A DNA stretch of 33,046 bases from Deltaproteobacteria bacterium (GTDB lineage: Bacteria > Desulfobacterota > Dissulfuribacteria > Dissulfuribacterales > QOAL01). The notes under the pieces were generated by a model. It was not told the origin of the DNA, made no database searches, and saw nothing but the letters and a program-made list of their open reading frames with translations. The first letter of the stretch is position 1. Every line of letters begins with the position of its first letter. Both the position numbers and the translations under genes were made by a program. Below are positions 24,109-33,036 of this stretch, piece by piece. The stretch is from NCBI GenBank assembly GCA_027025395.1, contig JALVQQ010000202.1, positions 1-33,046 on the forward strand, written 5' to 3'.

Positions 24109-25563
24109 ATGAACCAGGACGGAGTTGAACTGTTTTATTCCCAGTCGGGTGAGTCCGGGGCCGAAAACGGCGCGGCGGGACGGACCATCCTGGTTGTGGA
24201 CGATGATGAGAGCCTCAGGGAATTCCTTGAAATTCTTCTTCAGAAAGAGGGCTACCGGGTAGTAACTGCCGCAACTGGCGAGGAGGCCCTTGAGCGTCTT
24301 GACGAAGAGGATGTTTCACTGGTCATTTCCGATATCCGGATGCCGGGAATGGATGGCGTAAGCCTGCTTAAGGCCATCAAGGGCCGCTGGCCGGAAATAC
24401 CGGTTGTGCTCATTACCGCCTTTGCATCAATGGATTCGGCTGTTGATGCCATGAAGGAGGGGGCCTGGGATTATCTTACAAAACCATTCAGGATAGAGGA
24501 GCTCAGGGAAATTCTTGAAAGGGCCCTGGAGGCCGCGGACAGCGCAAAAACTGTTGAAGCGCCGGAAAAGGGCGGGGAGACAGGAGAAAAGGTTCACCGC
24601 CTGGACGAGATGGTTGCCAGAAGCCCCGCCATGCTCAAGCTTTTTCAGCTTATTCCCCGCATAGCAGCAACCTCTTCCAGTGTACTTATTACCGGCGAAA
24701 CAGGTACAGGCAAGGAGCTTGCCGCAAGGGCCATCCATAATCTTGGTCCTCGCCGAGACAGGCCCTTTGTAGTGGTAAACTGCGGCGGCATTCCTGAAAA
24801 TCTGCTTGAAAGCGAGCTTTTCGGATATGCAAAGGGGGCATTTACCGGGGCCACCCATGAGAAAAAGGGTCTTTTCGAGACAGCTCATACCGGGACCATC
24901 TTCCTTGATGAAATAGGCGAGCTGCCCATGCTTCTCCAGGTAAAGCTGCTCAGGGTCGTTCAGCAGAAGGCATTCACCCCTGTTGGAGGCACCAGGCCCG
25001 TGAATGTGGATGTAAGAATAATAGCGGCAACCAACAGGGACCTTGAAAAGGAGGTCATGGAGGGAAATTTCAGGGAGGATCTGTACTACCGCCTTAATGT
25101 GATCCATGTGAAGATGCCGGCTCTCAGGGAAAGGCCTGAGGATATTCCCCTGCTAGTGCAGTATTTTCTTGACAAGTATTCAAGGGAACAGGGAAAGAAG
25201 ATGCAGGGAATATCGAGTTTCGCCGTAGAGGCCCTGATGCAGTACCAGTTTCCTGGCAACGTGCGTGAGCTTGAAAATATAATCGAGCGCAGCGTAGCCC
25301 TTTCCACATCAAATCTCCTTCTGCCCGAAAGCCTTTCCCTTGCCAGGTTCAAGCAAGGCAAAAAAGAGGAGGAAAAGGCCGACTCCATACTTCCGCGCAT
25401 TCCTCCCGAAGGCATGGTCCTCGATGACCTGCTGAATTCAATAGAAAAGTCATATATAAAGGCGGCTCTGGAGCGTACCGGCGGCAACAAGACCGAGGCG
25501 GCGGCCCTGTTGGGCATGAACTTCCGTTCCTTCAGGTACCGTATCTCCAAGTATGGAATCTGA
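24109..25563 (+). CDS. Sigma54-dependent response regulator (NtrC/PilR-like: REC-AAA+-Fis HTH)
   Basis: The REC domain is canonical (ILVVDDDESL; LVISDIRMPGMDG; VVLITAFAS; YLTKPF). The AAA+ domain has GETGTGKELAARAIH, GAFTGA and IFLDEI. The HTH is GNKTEAAALLGMNFRSFRYRI. SD GGGAGG is present. Confidence 0.92.
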   Translation: MNQDGVELFYSQSGESGAENGAAGRTILVVDDDESLREFLEILLQKEGYRVVTAATGEEALERLDEEDVSLVISDIRMPGMDGVSLLKAIKGRWPEIPVVLITAFASMDSAVDAMKEGAWDYLTKPFRIEELREILERALEAADSAKTVEAPEKGGETGEKVHRLDEMVARSPAMLKLFQLIPRIAATSSSVLITGETGTGKELAARAIHNLGPRRDRPFVVVNCGGIPENLLESELFGYAKGAFTGATHEKKGLFETAHTGTIFLDEIGELPMLLQVKLLRVVQQKAFTPVGGTRPVNVDVRIIAATNRDLEKEVMEGNFREDLYYRLNVIHVKMPALRERPEDIPLLVQYFLDKYSREQGKKMQGISSFAVEALMQYQFPGNVRELENIIERSVALSTSNLLLPESLSLARFKQGKKEEEKADSILPRIPPEGMVLDDLLNSIEKSYIKAALERTGGNKTEAAALLGMNFRSFRYRISKYGI

Positions 25564-27239
25564 TGCAGGACGGTCAGGATAGCATCCGCATGTCATTGTC
25601 CCTGAACAGATCCATGCAATCCTTCAAGAAGCTGTTTACCCTGATTACGGCAGTCAGGCTTACTGTGTTCATGCTCCTGCTTGGGGCCGTATGGTTCAAT
25701 CCCGTCGGGGCATCCTGCTTGACCGGAAGCCTGGAACAGTTGTCCATGCTTCTCGGCACGGCATTTTTGTTCACCGTTCTTTTCACCATCTGGTACAGGA
25801 TCAGCGGGCCCGGCAGGTGGATAAATTTCTGGCAGACCCTGGCGGACGTGTTCCTGGTCAGTCTGGCGGTATTTTATACGGGTGGATTCCGGAGCAGTTT
25901 TTCCTTTCTCTATGTGCTGGCCATTGTAACCGCATGCCTGCTTGGGGGAATTGTGCCAGGCGCAGTGGCCGCCCTGCTCAGCACGCTGTCCTATGCAGCG
26001 GTCTGTTTTTTCACCCCGGGCGCCGTTGAAAATGCAGGAGAGGCCGCATACAGTTTTGCCGTAAATCTCGCCGCCTTCAATATGACAGCCGTGTTCGGCG
26101 TATGGATAGCCCAGAGGCTCAGGCGCACGGAAGCTGAACTCTCCTCGGTTGCCGCTGAGATGGCCCGGATGGAAAAGATCCAGCAACACCTTGCCGACTC
26201 CATTAGAAGCGGCCTTGTTATGGTGAATGGCGATGGCCGGATAATCTTCTATAACAGGTCAGCGGTCAATATACTCGGCAGCTCCATGCGGGACAGCCAT
26301 GGAAAAAGCCTTTCTGAGATATGGCCCGAGCTCGACAGCATAGAGCGCAATATTGAGAAAAACAGCGCGGTTCAGCGGCGTGAGATAAGGTTCTCCGGCC
26401 CGGATATCAAGGAGAAGATACTTGGAGTTTCAACATTTCCCGTGCGTGACGAGAAGAATGTCTCCCTTGGCTTCGGGATTATTTTCCAGGATATAACCGA
26501 GATTATCGTAAAGGAGGAACAGTTGCACCGCATGGACCGCCTGGCGTACCTTGGAGAGATGGCCGCAGGCCTTGCCCATGAGATACGCAACCCCCTGGCG
26601 TCAATTTCCGGAGCCGCCCAGGTTCTTGCCGAGAGCGATTTCATTCCTCCCGAGGGCAGGCGGCTAATTGACATAATTTCCAGGGAGACGGGCCGTCTCA
26701 ACCGCCTTACAAACTCCTTCCTGCTCTATGGCCGCCCCACCCGTGAAACAGTTGAGCTGGTTGACGTAAATGCCGAAATGGAGGAGATCGTCGAGCTGAT
26801 AGGCCGCAGGCGCAACCTGCCGCAGGCCGACATCATCGCGGATATTCCCGGCGACGCGGTCATGGAGACAGAGCCGAGCCAGCTCAGGCAGATACTGGTG
26901 AATATTCTCCTCAATGCCTGGCAGTCACTGCCTGAGCAGGGAGGGCGCATCACCATAAGCGTAAAGATAAGAGACGAAATGCTGGAGCTTGTCATAAGGG
27001 ACAATGGCTGCGGCATAAGCCCGGCTGACATGAAGCGCATATTCAATCCGTTTTTTACCACCAAGGCCAAGGGCACAGGACTCGGCCTGGCCATTGTGCA
27101 GAGGCTGGTTCATGATCTCGGCGGCACTATTGACATCAGGTCCGAGGTGGGCAGGGGGACCGAGGTGGTCCTGAAGTTCCCGCTTGCCGAGGATGAACGC
27201 CAGGAGGAGGGGACGGAAGAAAGGCAGGAACAGGATTGA
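25563..27239 (+). CDS. Polytopic-membrane PAS sensor histidine kinase (PilS/NtrB-like)
   Basis: The N-terminus has about 5-6 TM segments, including a YTGGFRSSFSFLYVLAIV motif, and no large periplasmic loop. A PAS region follows (GLVMVNGDGRIIFYNRSA). Kinase motifs are H-box AHEIRNPLASI, N-box NILLNAWQS, DNGCGI and GTGLGLAIV. The ATG shares one nucleotide with the upstream stop (TGATG). Confidence 0.9.
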   Translation: MQDGQDSIRMSLSLNRSMQSFKKLFTLITAVRLTVFMLLLGAVWFNPVGASCLTGSLEQLSMLLGTAFLFTVLFTIWYRISGPGRWINFWQTLADVFLVSLAVFYTGGFRSSFSFLYVLAIVTACLLGGIVPGAVAALLSTLSYAAVCFFTPGAVENAGEAAYSFAVNLAAFNMTAVFGVWIAQRLRRTEAELSSVAAEMARMEKIQQHLADSIRSGLVMVNGDGRIIFYNRSAVNILGSSMRDSHGKSLSEIWPELDSIERNIEKNSAVQRREIRFSGPDIKEKILGVSTFPVRDEKNVSLGFGIIFQDITEIIVKEEQLHRMDRLAYLGEMAAGLAHEIRNPLASISGAAQVLAESDFIPPEGRRLIDIISRETGRLNRLTNSFLLYGRPTRETVELVDVNAEMEEIVELIGRRRNLPQADIIADIPGDAVMETEPSQLRQILVNILLNAWQSLPEQGGRITISVKIRDEMLELVIRDNGCGISPADMKRIFNPFFTTKAKGTGLGLAIVQRLVHDLGGTIDIRSEVGRGTEVVLKFPLAEDERQEEGTEERQEQD

Positions 27240-27336
27240 TGAATCCCGCATCCGGAGCATCATGCATCTTCCGGGCGGAAAACAGCCGCCATGATCATCA
27301 CGGGCCGGATGGAGCAGGCCGGGAGCGCGCCGCCAT

Positions 27337-28173
27337 TCAGTGGTGATTCCTGAACGGCAGCCAGCGGTCGAGCACTGCATCGAGCGTTCCGTCACCGGCC
27401 CACTTGTCAATTACCGCGTTCAGCTTGCGTTTGAGCGCCTGGTCTTCCTTGCGCACGCCCCACGCAAGCTCTTCCCTGCTGAGGGGTTCCCACAGGCCGG
27501 TTATATCCGCTTCATTTTCGGATACAAGCCACATTATTGACGGGGCGTCATGGACAAAGAGGTCTATGTTGCGACCCTTGAGGCTCCATGCCGCCTCGGA
27601 AGGCAGGGTAAGCAGCACAACCCTGGATGCGAACGGAAAGTTCGCCCTGACAAACTTTTCGCCGGTGGTGTTGCGAATGACTCCTATTGACGCATTGCTT
27701 CGCAATATCTTCCTGATGCTTGAGTATTTTCTTGCGTCCTTGAGCCTGAAGGCAGCCATGAGGCCGGTGGTCAGGTAGGGCCTGGTGAAATCAATCCTGA
27801 CCTGCCTGGGCCTGGTAACCGTCATGCCCGACATTATTACATCTATCTTGCGCGCGAGAAGGGCGTCGATGAGCCGATCCCAGGAAAACAGCGAAATTTT
27901 CACGCTCCTGCCAAGCTCCGCAGGAAGCCTCCTGGCAAAATCCGCTTCAACCCCGGCATACCTTTCCCCCTGTATGAAGGTCATGGGCGGATAGTTGCCG
28001 CTCATGCCTATCCGGAGAATGTTGTCCGGCTCCGGCGTCTGCGGGGTGGCGGCCTGGGCTGTTGCCCGCGCCGGGGAAACCGGCGGTTTCTGCCCCGTGC
28101 AGGACGCCAGGATCATCAGGGTCAGCATTGCGGTCAACAGCAGGGTGGTTGAGATAGGGTTTCTTTTATCCAT
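27337..28173 (-). CDS. Lipoprotein, family-3 (amino-acid/polar solute type) periplasmic substrate-binding protein
   Basis: A lipobox is present in LTLMILASC|TG. Type-II SBP_bac_3-like motifs are seen (LRIGMSGNYPPMTF; KIDVIMSGMTVTRPR; DLFVHDAPS). The SD is strong (AAGGAGAA). No ABC permease or ATPase gene is adjacent. Confidence 0.8.
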   Translation of the reverse strand: MDKRNPISTTLLLTAMLTLMILASCTGQKPPVSPARATAQAATPQTPEPDNILRIGMSGNYPPMTFIQGERYAGVEADFARRLPAELGRSVKISLFSWDRLIDALLARKIDVIMSGMTVTRPRQVRIDFTRPYLTTGLMAAFRLKDARKYSSIRKILRSNASIGVIRNTTGEKFVRANFPFASRVVLLTLPSEAAWSLKGRNIDLFVHDAPSIMWLVSENEADITGLWEPLSREELAWGVRKEDQALKRKLNAVIDKWAGDGTLDAVLDRWLPFRNHH

Positions 28174-28292
28174 TCCTGTTCTCCTTGGATCAAGAGTTTT
28201 TCAGCTTGGAAGCACCAAATAATCACGGTTTTGATCGTGGCAAGGTTATGCGGCGCATTGACAGATGCCGCATGAAGCCGCTTCAAAATAAT

Positions 28293-28322
28293 ATTATGTA
28301 TTTCCATCAATTTCCATAACAA
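28293..28322 (-). promoter_or_regulatory. Candidate sigma70 promoter for the SBP gene (TTGTTA-N18-CATAAT) with tandem ATGGAAAT repeats in the spacer
   Basis: The minus strand reads TTGTTAtggaaattgatggaaataCATAAT. It sits in the most AT-rich patch of the 425-bp intergenic region, ~115 nt upstream of ATG 28173. This is a motif match only. Confidence 0.25.
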
Positions 28323-28598
28323 ACTTCCGTGCCGCGTCTCTGCCCGGTTCAAATTTGCGTCCTGGCTGAATCCCGGGGCGCTGCCCCTGTCCGGCAGGGA
28401 TAATTGCATGACAGGCCTTGTTTTTGCGCCAATGCACGGGTACAAAAGGTGATGACACCTCTTGCGCTTGCAGCCGTCAAGGGATGCGGGACAGCGGCGC
28501 ATGAATGTCCGGGGGGCGTCACCTGGCAGAACCGGTTTCCCCCTGGCCGGGACAGGACGGCAAGGGGTTAATTTCAGGCGCGGGCAAAGAATGGGAAA

Positions 28599-29063
28599 AT
28601 GACAAAAAAAGAATCCGTCGCACTGCTACTGGCCACGGGTTTTAACATAGGCAGGCTTTCAGGGGCCCCGGGGACCCTGGGTTCCGTTGAAGGAGTATTG
28701 CTTGCATGCCTTGTCCATCAGCTTTCAGCCCCCTGGCTGACTATTGCTGTAATCTCTGTTATACTTGGGGCTGTATTCGTGGCCGGACAGGCTGCAAGGG
28801 CCTTGCGGGAGAAGGACCCGTCAATAATCGTTGTTGATGAAATTGCCGGAATGGTGGTCTGCCTGTCCCTGTTTCCATGTTCCCTTGTTTACGCGGTGTC
28901 CTGCTTCGCCCTGTTCCGGCTGTTTGATATCTGGAAACCCTGGCCTGTGCACAGCCTTGAAAAGCTTCCCGGAGGATGGGGAATCGTAATGGATGATGTA
29001 ATGGCGGGTGTAATGGCGGGAGCCGCGGTCCAGGCAGGAGTTTTGCTCAGTCATGCATGGTGA
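28599..29063 (+). CDS. pgpA: Phosphatidylglycerophosphatase A
   Basis: GAPGTLGS, IVVDEIAGM and FRLFDIWKPWP...LPGGWGIVMDDVMAG are the PgpA signature blocks. Confidence 0.88.
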   Translation: MTKKESVALLLATGFNIGRLSGAPGTLGSVEGVLLACLVHQLSAPWLTIAVISVILGAVFVAGQAARALREKDPSIIVVDEIAGMVVCLSLFPCSLVYAVSCFALFRLFDIWKPWPVHSLEKLPGGWGIVMDDVMAGVMAGAAVQAGVLLSHAW

Positions 29064-30324
29064 AATAATCGCGATAGGCGATGAACTTGTTGCAGGGCGC
29101 ACCGTCAATACCACCAGCAGCTTCACTGCCCGCAAACTCTTTGACGCAGGTTATTCAATAAGGCGTATTACGGTAATCGGTGATGATATACCCTTGATAG
29201 TCGAGTGTCTCGGCAGGGCCATCAGCCGTTCGAAATTCCTGATAATAACCGGCGGTCTTGGCCCCACCACGGACGATATAACAAACGAGGCCGTATCCAG
29301 GGCGCTTGGCAGGCCCCTCGAGGAGAATCGGCAGATTCTTGAAAAGATCAGGGAGTGCGAGGCGCGTCACGGCGTAACCTATGATCATACATTCAAGCAA
29401 AAACTCTCCATGCTGCCCGCCGGGGCCGAAGTCCTGAACCCCGACGGATATGCCGCAGGCTACATGCTCCAGCAGGAGGGCATTCCGCTTTTTTTCCTTC
29501 CCGGAGTGCCGGAACAGCTTGAAAAACATGTGGTGAACCAGGTTATTCCCCGGCTGGTCAGGCTGCTTGGCACTGGCAGAAGCGTCATGCACAAGACCTT
29601 CAAGACCTTTGGCCTGTCTGAAATAGAGATCAATGCCAGGCTTGCAAGGGTGGAGTCCGGTTACCCGGGGCTTGCAATAGGATATTATCCCAATTTTCCG
29701 GAGGTCCACGTTTCAGTAACCATAAAAGGCGGGGACAGCGCACTTACAAGGGATGCGTGCAAGAGCGCATGCAGTGAGATACGGGCCATCCTGGGCATGA
29801 ATATAATTGCCGAGGATGACGAGAGCATCGAGTCGGTGACCGGCCGGCTGCTGGTGAGGCGCCGGGCCATGGTTTCGGTGGCTGAATCATGCACCGGCGG
29901 GCTGCTGGGACAGCGGTTTACATCGGTTCCAGGAAGCTCCGCGTGGTTTGAAAGGGGAGTTGCAACCTACACCAACCGGGCCAAGGAGGAGATGCTGGGG
30001 GTTCGTTCCGCAACCCTTGCGCAATACGGGGCCGTAAGCAGGCAGACCGCCGAGGAGATGGCCATTGGCATACGGCGGATTTCAGGAACCGGCTACGGCC
30101 TGTCAATTACAGGCATAGCAGGGCCCAGCGGTGGAACAGATGAAAAGCCGGTGGGCACTGTATATATAGCGCTTTCCACGCCTGAAAAGACCGTGCCGCA
30201 CCATTTCTATTTCCCCGGCAGCCGCGAAAAGGTCAGGGAACTGGCCGCAGAGACTGCTATTGACTGGCTGAGGAGGCACCTTCTCGATGGTTCGTACGTT
30301 CCTGGCTATAGACCTGCCGGATAG
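29053..30324 (+). CDS. cinA: CinA-family protein (N-terminal MoCF-binding-like domain + C-terminal nicotinamide-nucleotide amidohydrolase PncC domain)
   Basis: EIIAIGDELVAGRTVNTTSSF and IITGGLGPTTDDIT mark the N-terminal domain. VAESCTGGLLG, SAWFERGVATYTN and TGIAGPSGGTDEKPVGTVYIAL mark the PncC domain. It overlaps pgpA by 11 nt. Confidence 0.9.
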   Translation: MHGEIIAIGDELVAGRTVNTTSSFTARKLFDAGYSIRRITVIGDDIPLIVECLGRAISRSKFLIITGGLGPTTDDITNEAVSRALGRPLEENRQILEKIRECEARHGVTYDHTFKQKLSMLPAGAEVLNPDGYAAGYMLQQEGIPLFFLPGVPEQLEKHVVNQVIPRLVRLLGTGRSVMHKTFKTFGLSEIEINARLARVESGYPGLAIGYYPNFPEVHVSVTIKGGDSALTRDACKSACSEIRAILGMNIIAEDDESIESVTGRLLVRRRAMVSVAESCTGGLLGQRFTSVPGSSAWFERGVATYTNRAKEEMLGVRSATLAQYGAVSRQTAEEMAIGIRRISGTGYGLSITGIAGPSGGTDEKPVGTVYIALSTPEKTVPHHFYFPGSREKVRELAAETAIDWLRRHLLDGSYVPGYRPAG

Positions 30325-30853
30325 ACTCAAGGCGGATATTGCAAAGGCAGTGGCGCGCTGGAAGGGCTTCAAGGCCGGAGTCCGGTGGGTTGACCCTGCC
30401 AGAATGCACCTGACGCTCAAGTTTTTCGGAGACCTCGAAGAGAGTTCAATCAAAGTTGTTTCATCCGTCTGTCGTGAGGTTGCAGCCTCTTGTCAACCCG
30501 TATCAATGAGGCTTCTTTCCCCAGGGGCATTCCCCTCTCCGCGGCGTCCCAGGGTGCTGTGGATAGGTATTGGCTCCCGGCCCTCCCCGGCGCTTTTCAC
30601 CCTGCATGACAAGGTTGAAGCCGCCCTTGCCATACATGGATTTCCCAGGGAAGAAAAACGCTTCTCTCCACATATAACAATGGGGCGAGTAAAAACAGGC
30701 CGGAATATAGCCAGGCTCATGGATGATTTCATGAGGCATGAACCGCCTGGGGAGGGTTTCATGGTGGAAAGCATGGTGCTTTACAGCAGCACGCTTGCTC
30801 CAGGCGGGCCTGTTTACAGGCGGATTGAAGAGTTTGAATTCTGCCGCTCCTGA
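30287..30853 (+). CDS. thpR: RNA 2',3'-cyclic phosphodiesterase ThpR/LigT (2H phosphoesterase)
   Basis: RTFLAIDLP is followed by two HxT motifs (MHLTLKF and PHITMGR) at the expected spacing, in a ~188-aa protein. GAGGAGG lies ~10 nt upstream of the ATG. It overlaps the cinA 3' end by 38 nt. Confidence 0.85.
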   Translation: MVRTFLAIDLPDRLKADIAKAVARWKGFKAGVRWVDPARMHLTLKFFGDLEESSIKVVSSVCREVAASCQPVSMRLLSPGAFPSPRRPRVLWIGIGSRPSPALFTLHDKVEAALAIHGFPREEKRFSPHITMGRVKTGRNIARLMDDFMRHEPPGEGFMVESMVLYSSTLAPGGPVYRRIEEFEFCRS

Positions 30854-30869
30854 GAAGCCGGCAAGGTTT

Positions 30870-32186
30870 CTATTCCGCCGGAATCCCGAAAATTGCGACT
30901 GCCGTGCAGATTACAAGTACTGCGCCATGAAACAGCTCATGGGCCGTGCGTGACGGCACTTCCTTGTGGCTGCGGGCAACAAGCAGCGCCACAATGCACT
31001 GCATGGCGTAATAAACCGCAAATGCCCTGGAAGCGAAACTTATTATTTCGTAAACATCTGTAAGCCATGTCAGGGCAATGGCCGCAGCGGACACCATAAG
31101 GTATGCATATCTGCCAGGCAGATGCCCCCTGATTATGGATTCCAGCAGACCTGAACAGCCTGCATCATCTGCGGTGGCTGCTGAAAACTGGCTGAAAATC
31201 GCTGTAATGGAGATCAGTGCAGGCAGTATGGTGGAGACAATGGCGGAAAGCGTCACTATGGCCGTGATCCCGGTCTGTTCTATGTTGCCTGCCCTGCTCA
31301 CCACAAGCGCCATGAGCGCAAGGAACGCCAGGTATATAAGGGATGAAATGAACTGTGCCAGGCGCATGGTGCGGATACGGAGTTCTCCTGGGTGCTCGGA
31401 GCCAAGGAACCGTGATGTTTCAAAACCCTGCACCACTATGAGCAGCCCCATGACCAGCCTGGCGAGGCGCCCGGTGTCAGGGTTCAGGGCAATGGCGTTG
31501 ACATGCCACTGTCCCTGCGTTAGCGCTGTCCAGTTGAACCAGGCAAGTGCTGCTATCAGCGCCGTAATCATTGACAGGTTGACACCCACCACTACCCGTT
31601 CCAGCCGTTCAATGCCCTGGAGCCCGCGAAGGTATCCGGTTATGCCGATGCCCACCAGTATTGCCGTAACCAGCATCCTGCCATAGAGCATGTTTTCGAT
31701 GTGGATGAAGAAGAGCGCGAAACTTGCAAGAAGCTGCAGGTAGTATGATACTGATACGCAGTACGCACCGGCCAGCACCATGTGCGAGATTCGCTCCGCA
31801 ATTTCAATGCCCTCCACCATTGCCACCTGGCGGGCAGCAGCTCTGTGTGACGCGTGGAGCCGGTGCTCCCTGCGCTTGAAGTCTGGCAGGGTCAGGGTCT
31901 CAAGCAGGGGTTCAGCGTATTTTATATTGAACCGTATCACAGAACCTGTCGCGTAGGCCACGCAGAGAAGGCCTGCCATCACCGCAACGGCGTAGTTGCC
32001 GGCATTCTTGTAAAGTATCGGGGCGCATACCAGGAAACCGCTGCCCATGATCGAGGCAAGGGGCGTTACGGTCGCCCTCCATGTGGATGAATTTGTCAGC
32101 GGCTTGTAGAAAAGCAGCACGCTTCCAGCAACAAGCAGGGTAATAATTACAATGAAGTCAGGAGTTGATAATGCAGGCAAGAACAA
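30870..32186 (-). CDS. Polytopic integral membrane protein (about 11-12 TM), putative transporter of unrecognised family
   Basis: The ORF is long and continuously hydrophobic (e.g. ASIMGSGFLVCAPILY; VVQGFETSRFLG; FSQFSAATADDAG). The start is TTG 32186 or TTG 32180, after AGGAAAGGA. I do not recognise a specific family. Confidence 0.5.
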   Translation of the reverse strand: MFLPALSTPDFIVIITLLVAGSVLLFYKPLTNSSTWRATVTPLASIMGSGFLVCAPILYKNAGNYAVAVMAGLLCVAYATGSVIRFNIKYAEPLLETLTLPDFKRREHRLHASHRAAARQVAMVEGIEIAERISHMVLAGAYCVSVSYYLQLLASFALFFIHIENMLYGRMLVTAILVGIGITGYLRGLQGIERLERVVVGVNLSMITALIAALAWFNWTALTQGQWHVNAIALNPDTGRLARLVMGLLIVVQGFETSRFLGSEHPGELRIRTMRLAQFISSLIYLAFLALMALVVSRAGNIEQTGITAIVTLSAIVSTILPALISITAIFSQFSAATADDAGCSGLLESIIRGHLPGRYAYLMVSAAAIALTWLTDVYEIISFASRAFAVYYAMQCIVALLVARSHKEVPSRTAHELFHGAVLVICTAVAIFGIPAE

Positions 32187-32256
32187 ATCCTTTCCTGAAG
32201 GTTAAACCGTCATGTAGGGACCGGCGCCAATGCCGGGCCTGTTCAATGGGATCATA

Positions 32257-32898
32257 ATGAAGCTGTCACCTGATTATACACCCTGTCTGAAGATTTTTAT
32301 AGGGATAATGGCCATAGTAAATCCTCTGGGCGCAATCCCTGTTTTTCTCTCCCTGTGCAGCGGGCGAACCGTTGAAGAAATAAAACGCACGGCAAGAATC
32401 ACGGCAATAGCCGTGGCCGTTGTGCTGCTTGTGGCCACTTGGTTCGGAGACTCGGTGCTGGCGTTCTTCGGCATAGGGATCGCCGCGTTTCGTGCCGCCG
32501 GAGGCCTGCTGATTCTGCTTATGGCCCTGGCAATGATGCATGCCAGGCAAAGCCACGTGAAGAGGAGCCCTGAGGAGGAGAGCGCCGATACAGACAGGGA
32601 GGATGTGGCGGTGGTGCCCCTGGCCGTGCCCCTTCTGGCCGGCCCCGGCGCCATAAGCCTTGTAATAGTGGAGGCCCAGCGTGGAGCCACGGTTCTTCAT
32701 GAAGTTATGATCAGCATCTGTATAGGTCTTGTGGCGCTGTGTACCTGGATCACTCTTTTGCTTGCAGAACCCATTGGCGAGAGGCTTGGAGTAACGGGAT
32801 TGAATATAGTTACAAGAATCATGGGGTTGCTGCTTGCGGCAATAGGGGTTCAGATGATTGCCGACGGACTGGTGAAACTTTTCCCGGGCCTTGCATGA
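32257..32898 (+). CDS. MarC-family (UPF0056) integral membrane protein
   Basis: The characteristic N-terminal motif is IVNPLGAIPVFLSL. PLAVPLLAGPGAIS and ITRIMGLLLAAIGVQMI also fit. The ORF track starts at ATG 32230, but ATG 32257 places the NP motif at the usual distance from the N-terminus. Confidence 0.8.
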   Translation: MKLSPDYTPCLKIFIGIMAIVNPLGAIPVFLSLCSGRTVEEIKRTARITAIAVAVVLLVATWFGDSVLAFFGIGIAAFRAAGGLLILLMALAMMHARQSHVKRSPEEESADTDREDVAVVPLAVPLLAGPGAISLVIVEAQRGATVLHEVMISICIGLVALCTWITLLLAEPIGERLGVTGLNIVTRIMGLLLAAIGVQMIADGLVKLFPGLA

Positions 32899-33007
32899 CA
32901 GGCCGTTGAATTGCCGGTGCCTTGGCGTCCGGCAGGAGCAATATCCGCTGTTGGCCAACAAAAAGAAACGAAATAACAAGCAGTTACGCTTTAAAGAGGA
33001 GCACTGG

Positions 33008-33036
33008 TTGACTTCGTCGCCCGCTTGACGTATTAT
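33008..33036 (+). promoter_or_regulatory. Consensus-like sigma70 promoter TTGACT-N17-TATTAT reading out of the window
   Basis: TTGACT is at 33008-33013, followed by exactly 17 nt, then TATTAT at 33031-33036. It lies in an AT-rich tail after the MarC-family gene. A second TTGACG at 33025-33030 could be a tandem -35 element. Confidence 0.5.

Noticed and set aside
28202-28219. A minus-strand TTGGTGCTTCCAAGCTG element upstream of the SBP gene as a sigma54 promoter.
   Set aside because: The GG-to-GC distance is one nucleotide short (11 instead of 12), and the -12 element is AAGC rather than TTGC.
28340-28360. A tRNA T-loop-like string, GGTTCAAAT.
   Set aside because: The flanking bases cannot form a T-stem, and no acceptor, D or anticodon arms can be drawn. 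It is not a tRNA.
28134-28502. A 122-aa minus-strand ORF covering most of the 425-bp intergenic region.
   Set aside because: It overlaps the SBP start and has no SD. Its composition is Cys/Arg/His-rich and it has no recognisable motif, so I treat it as non-coding.
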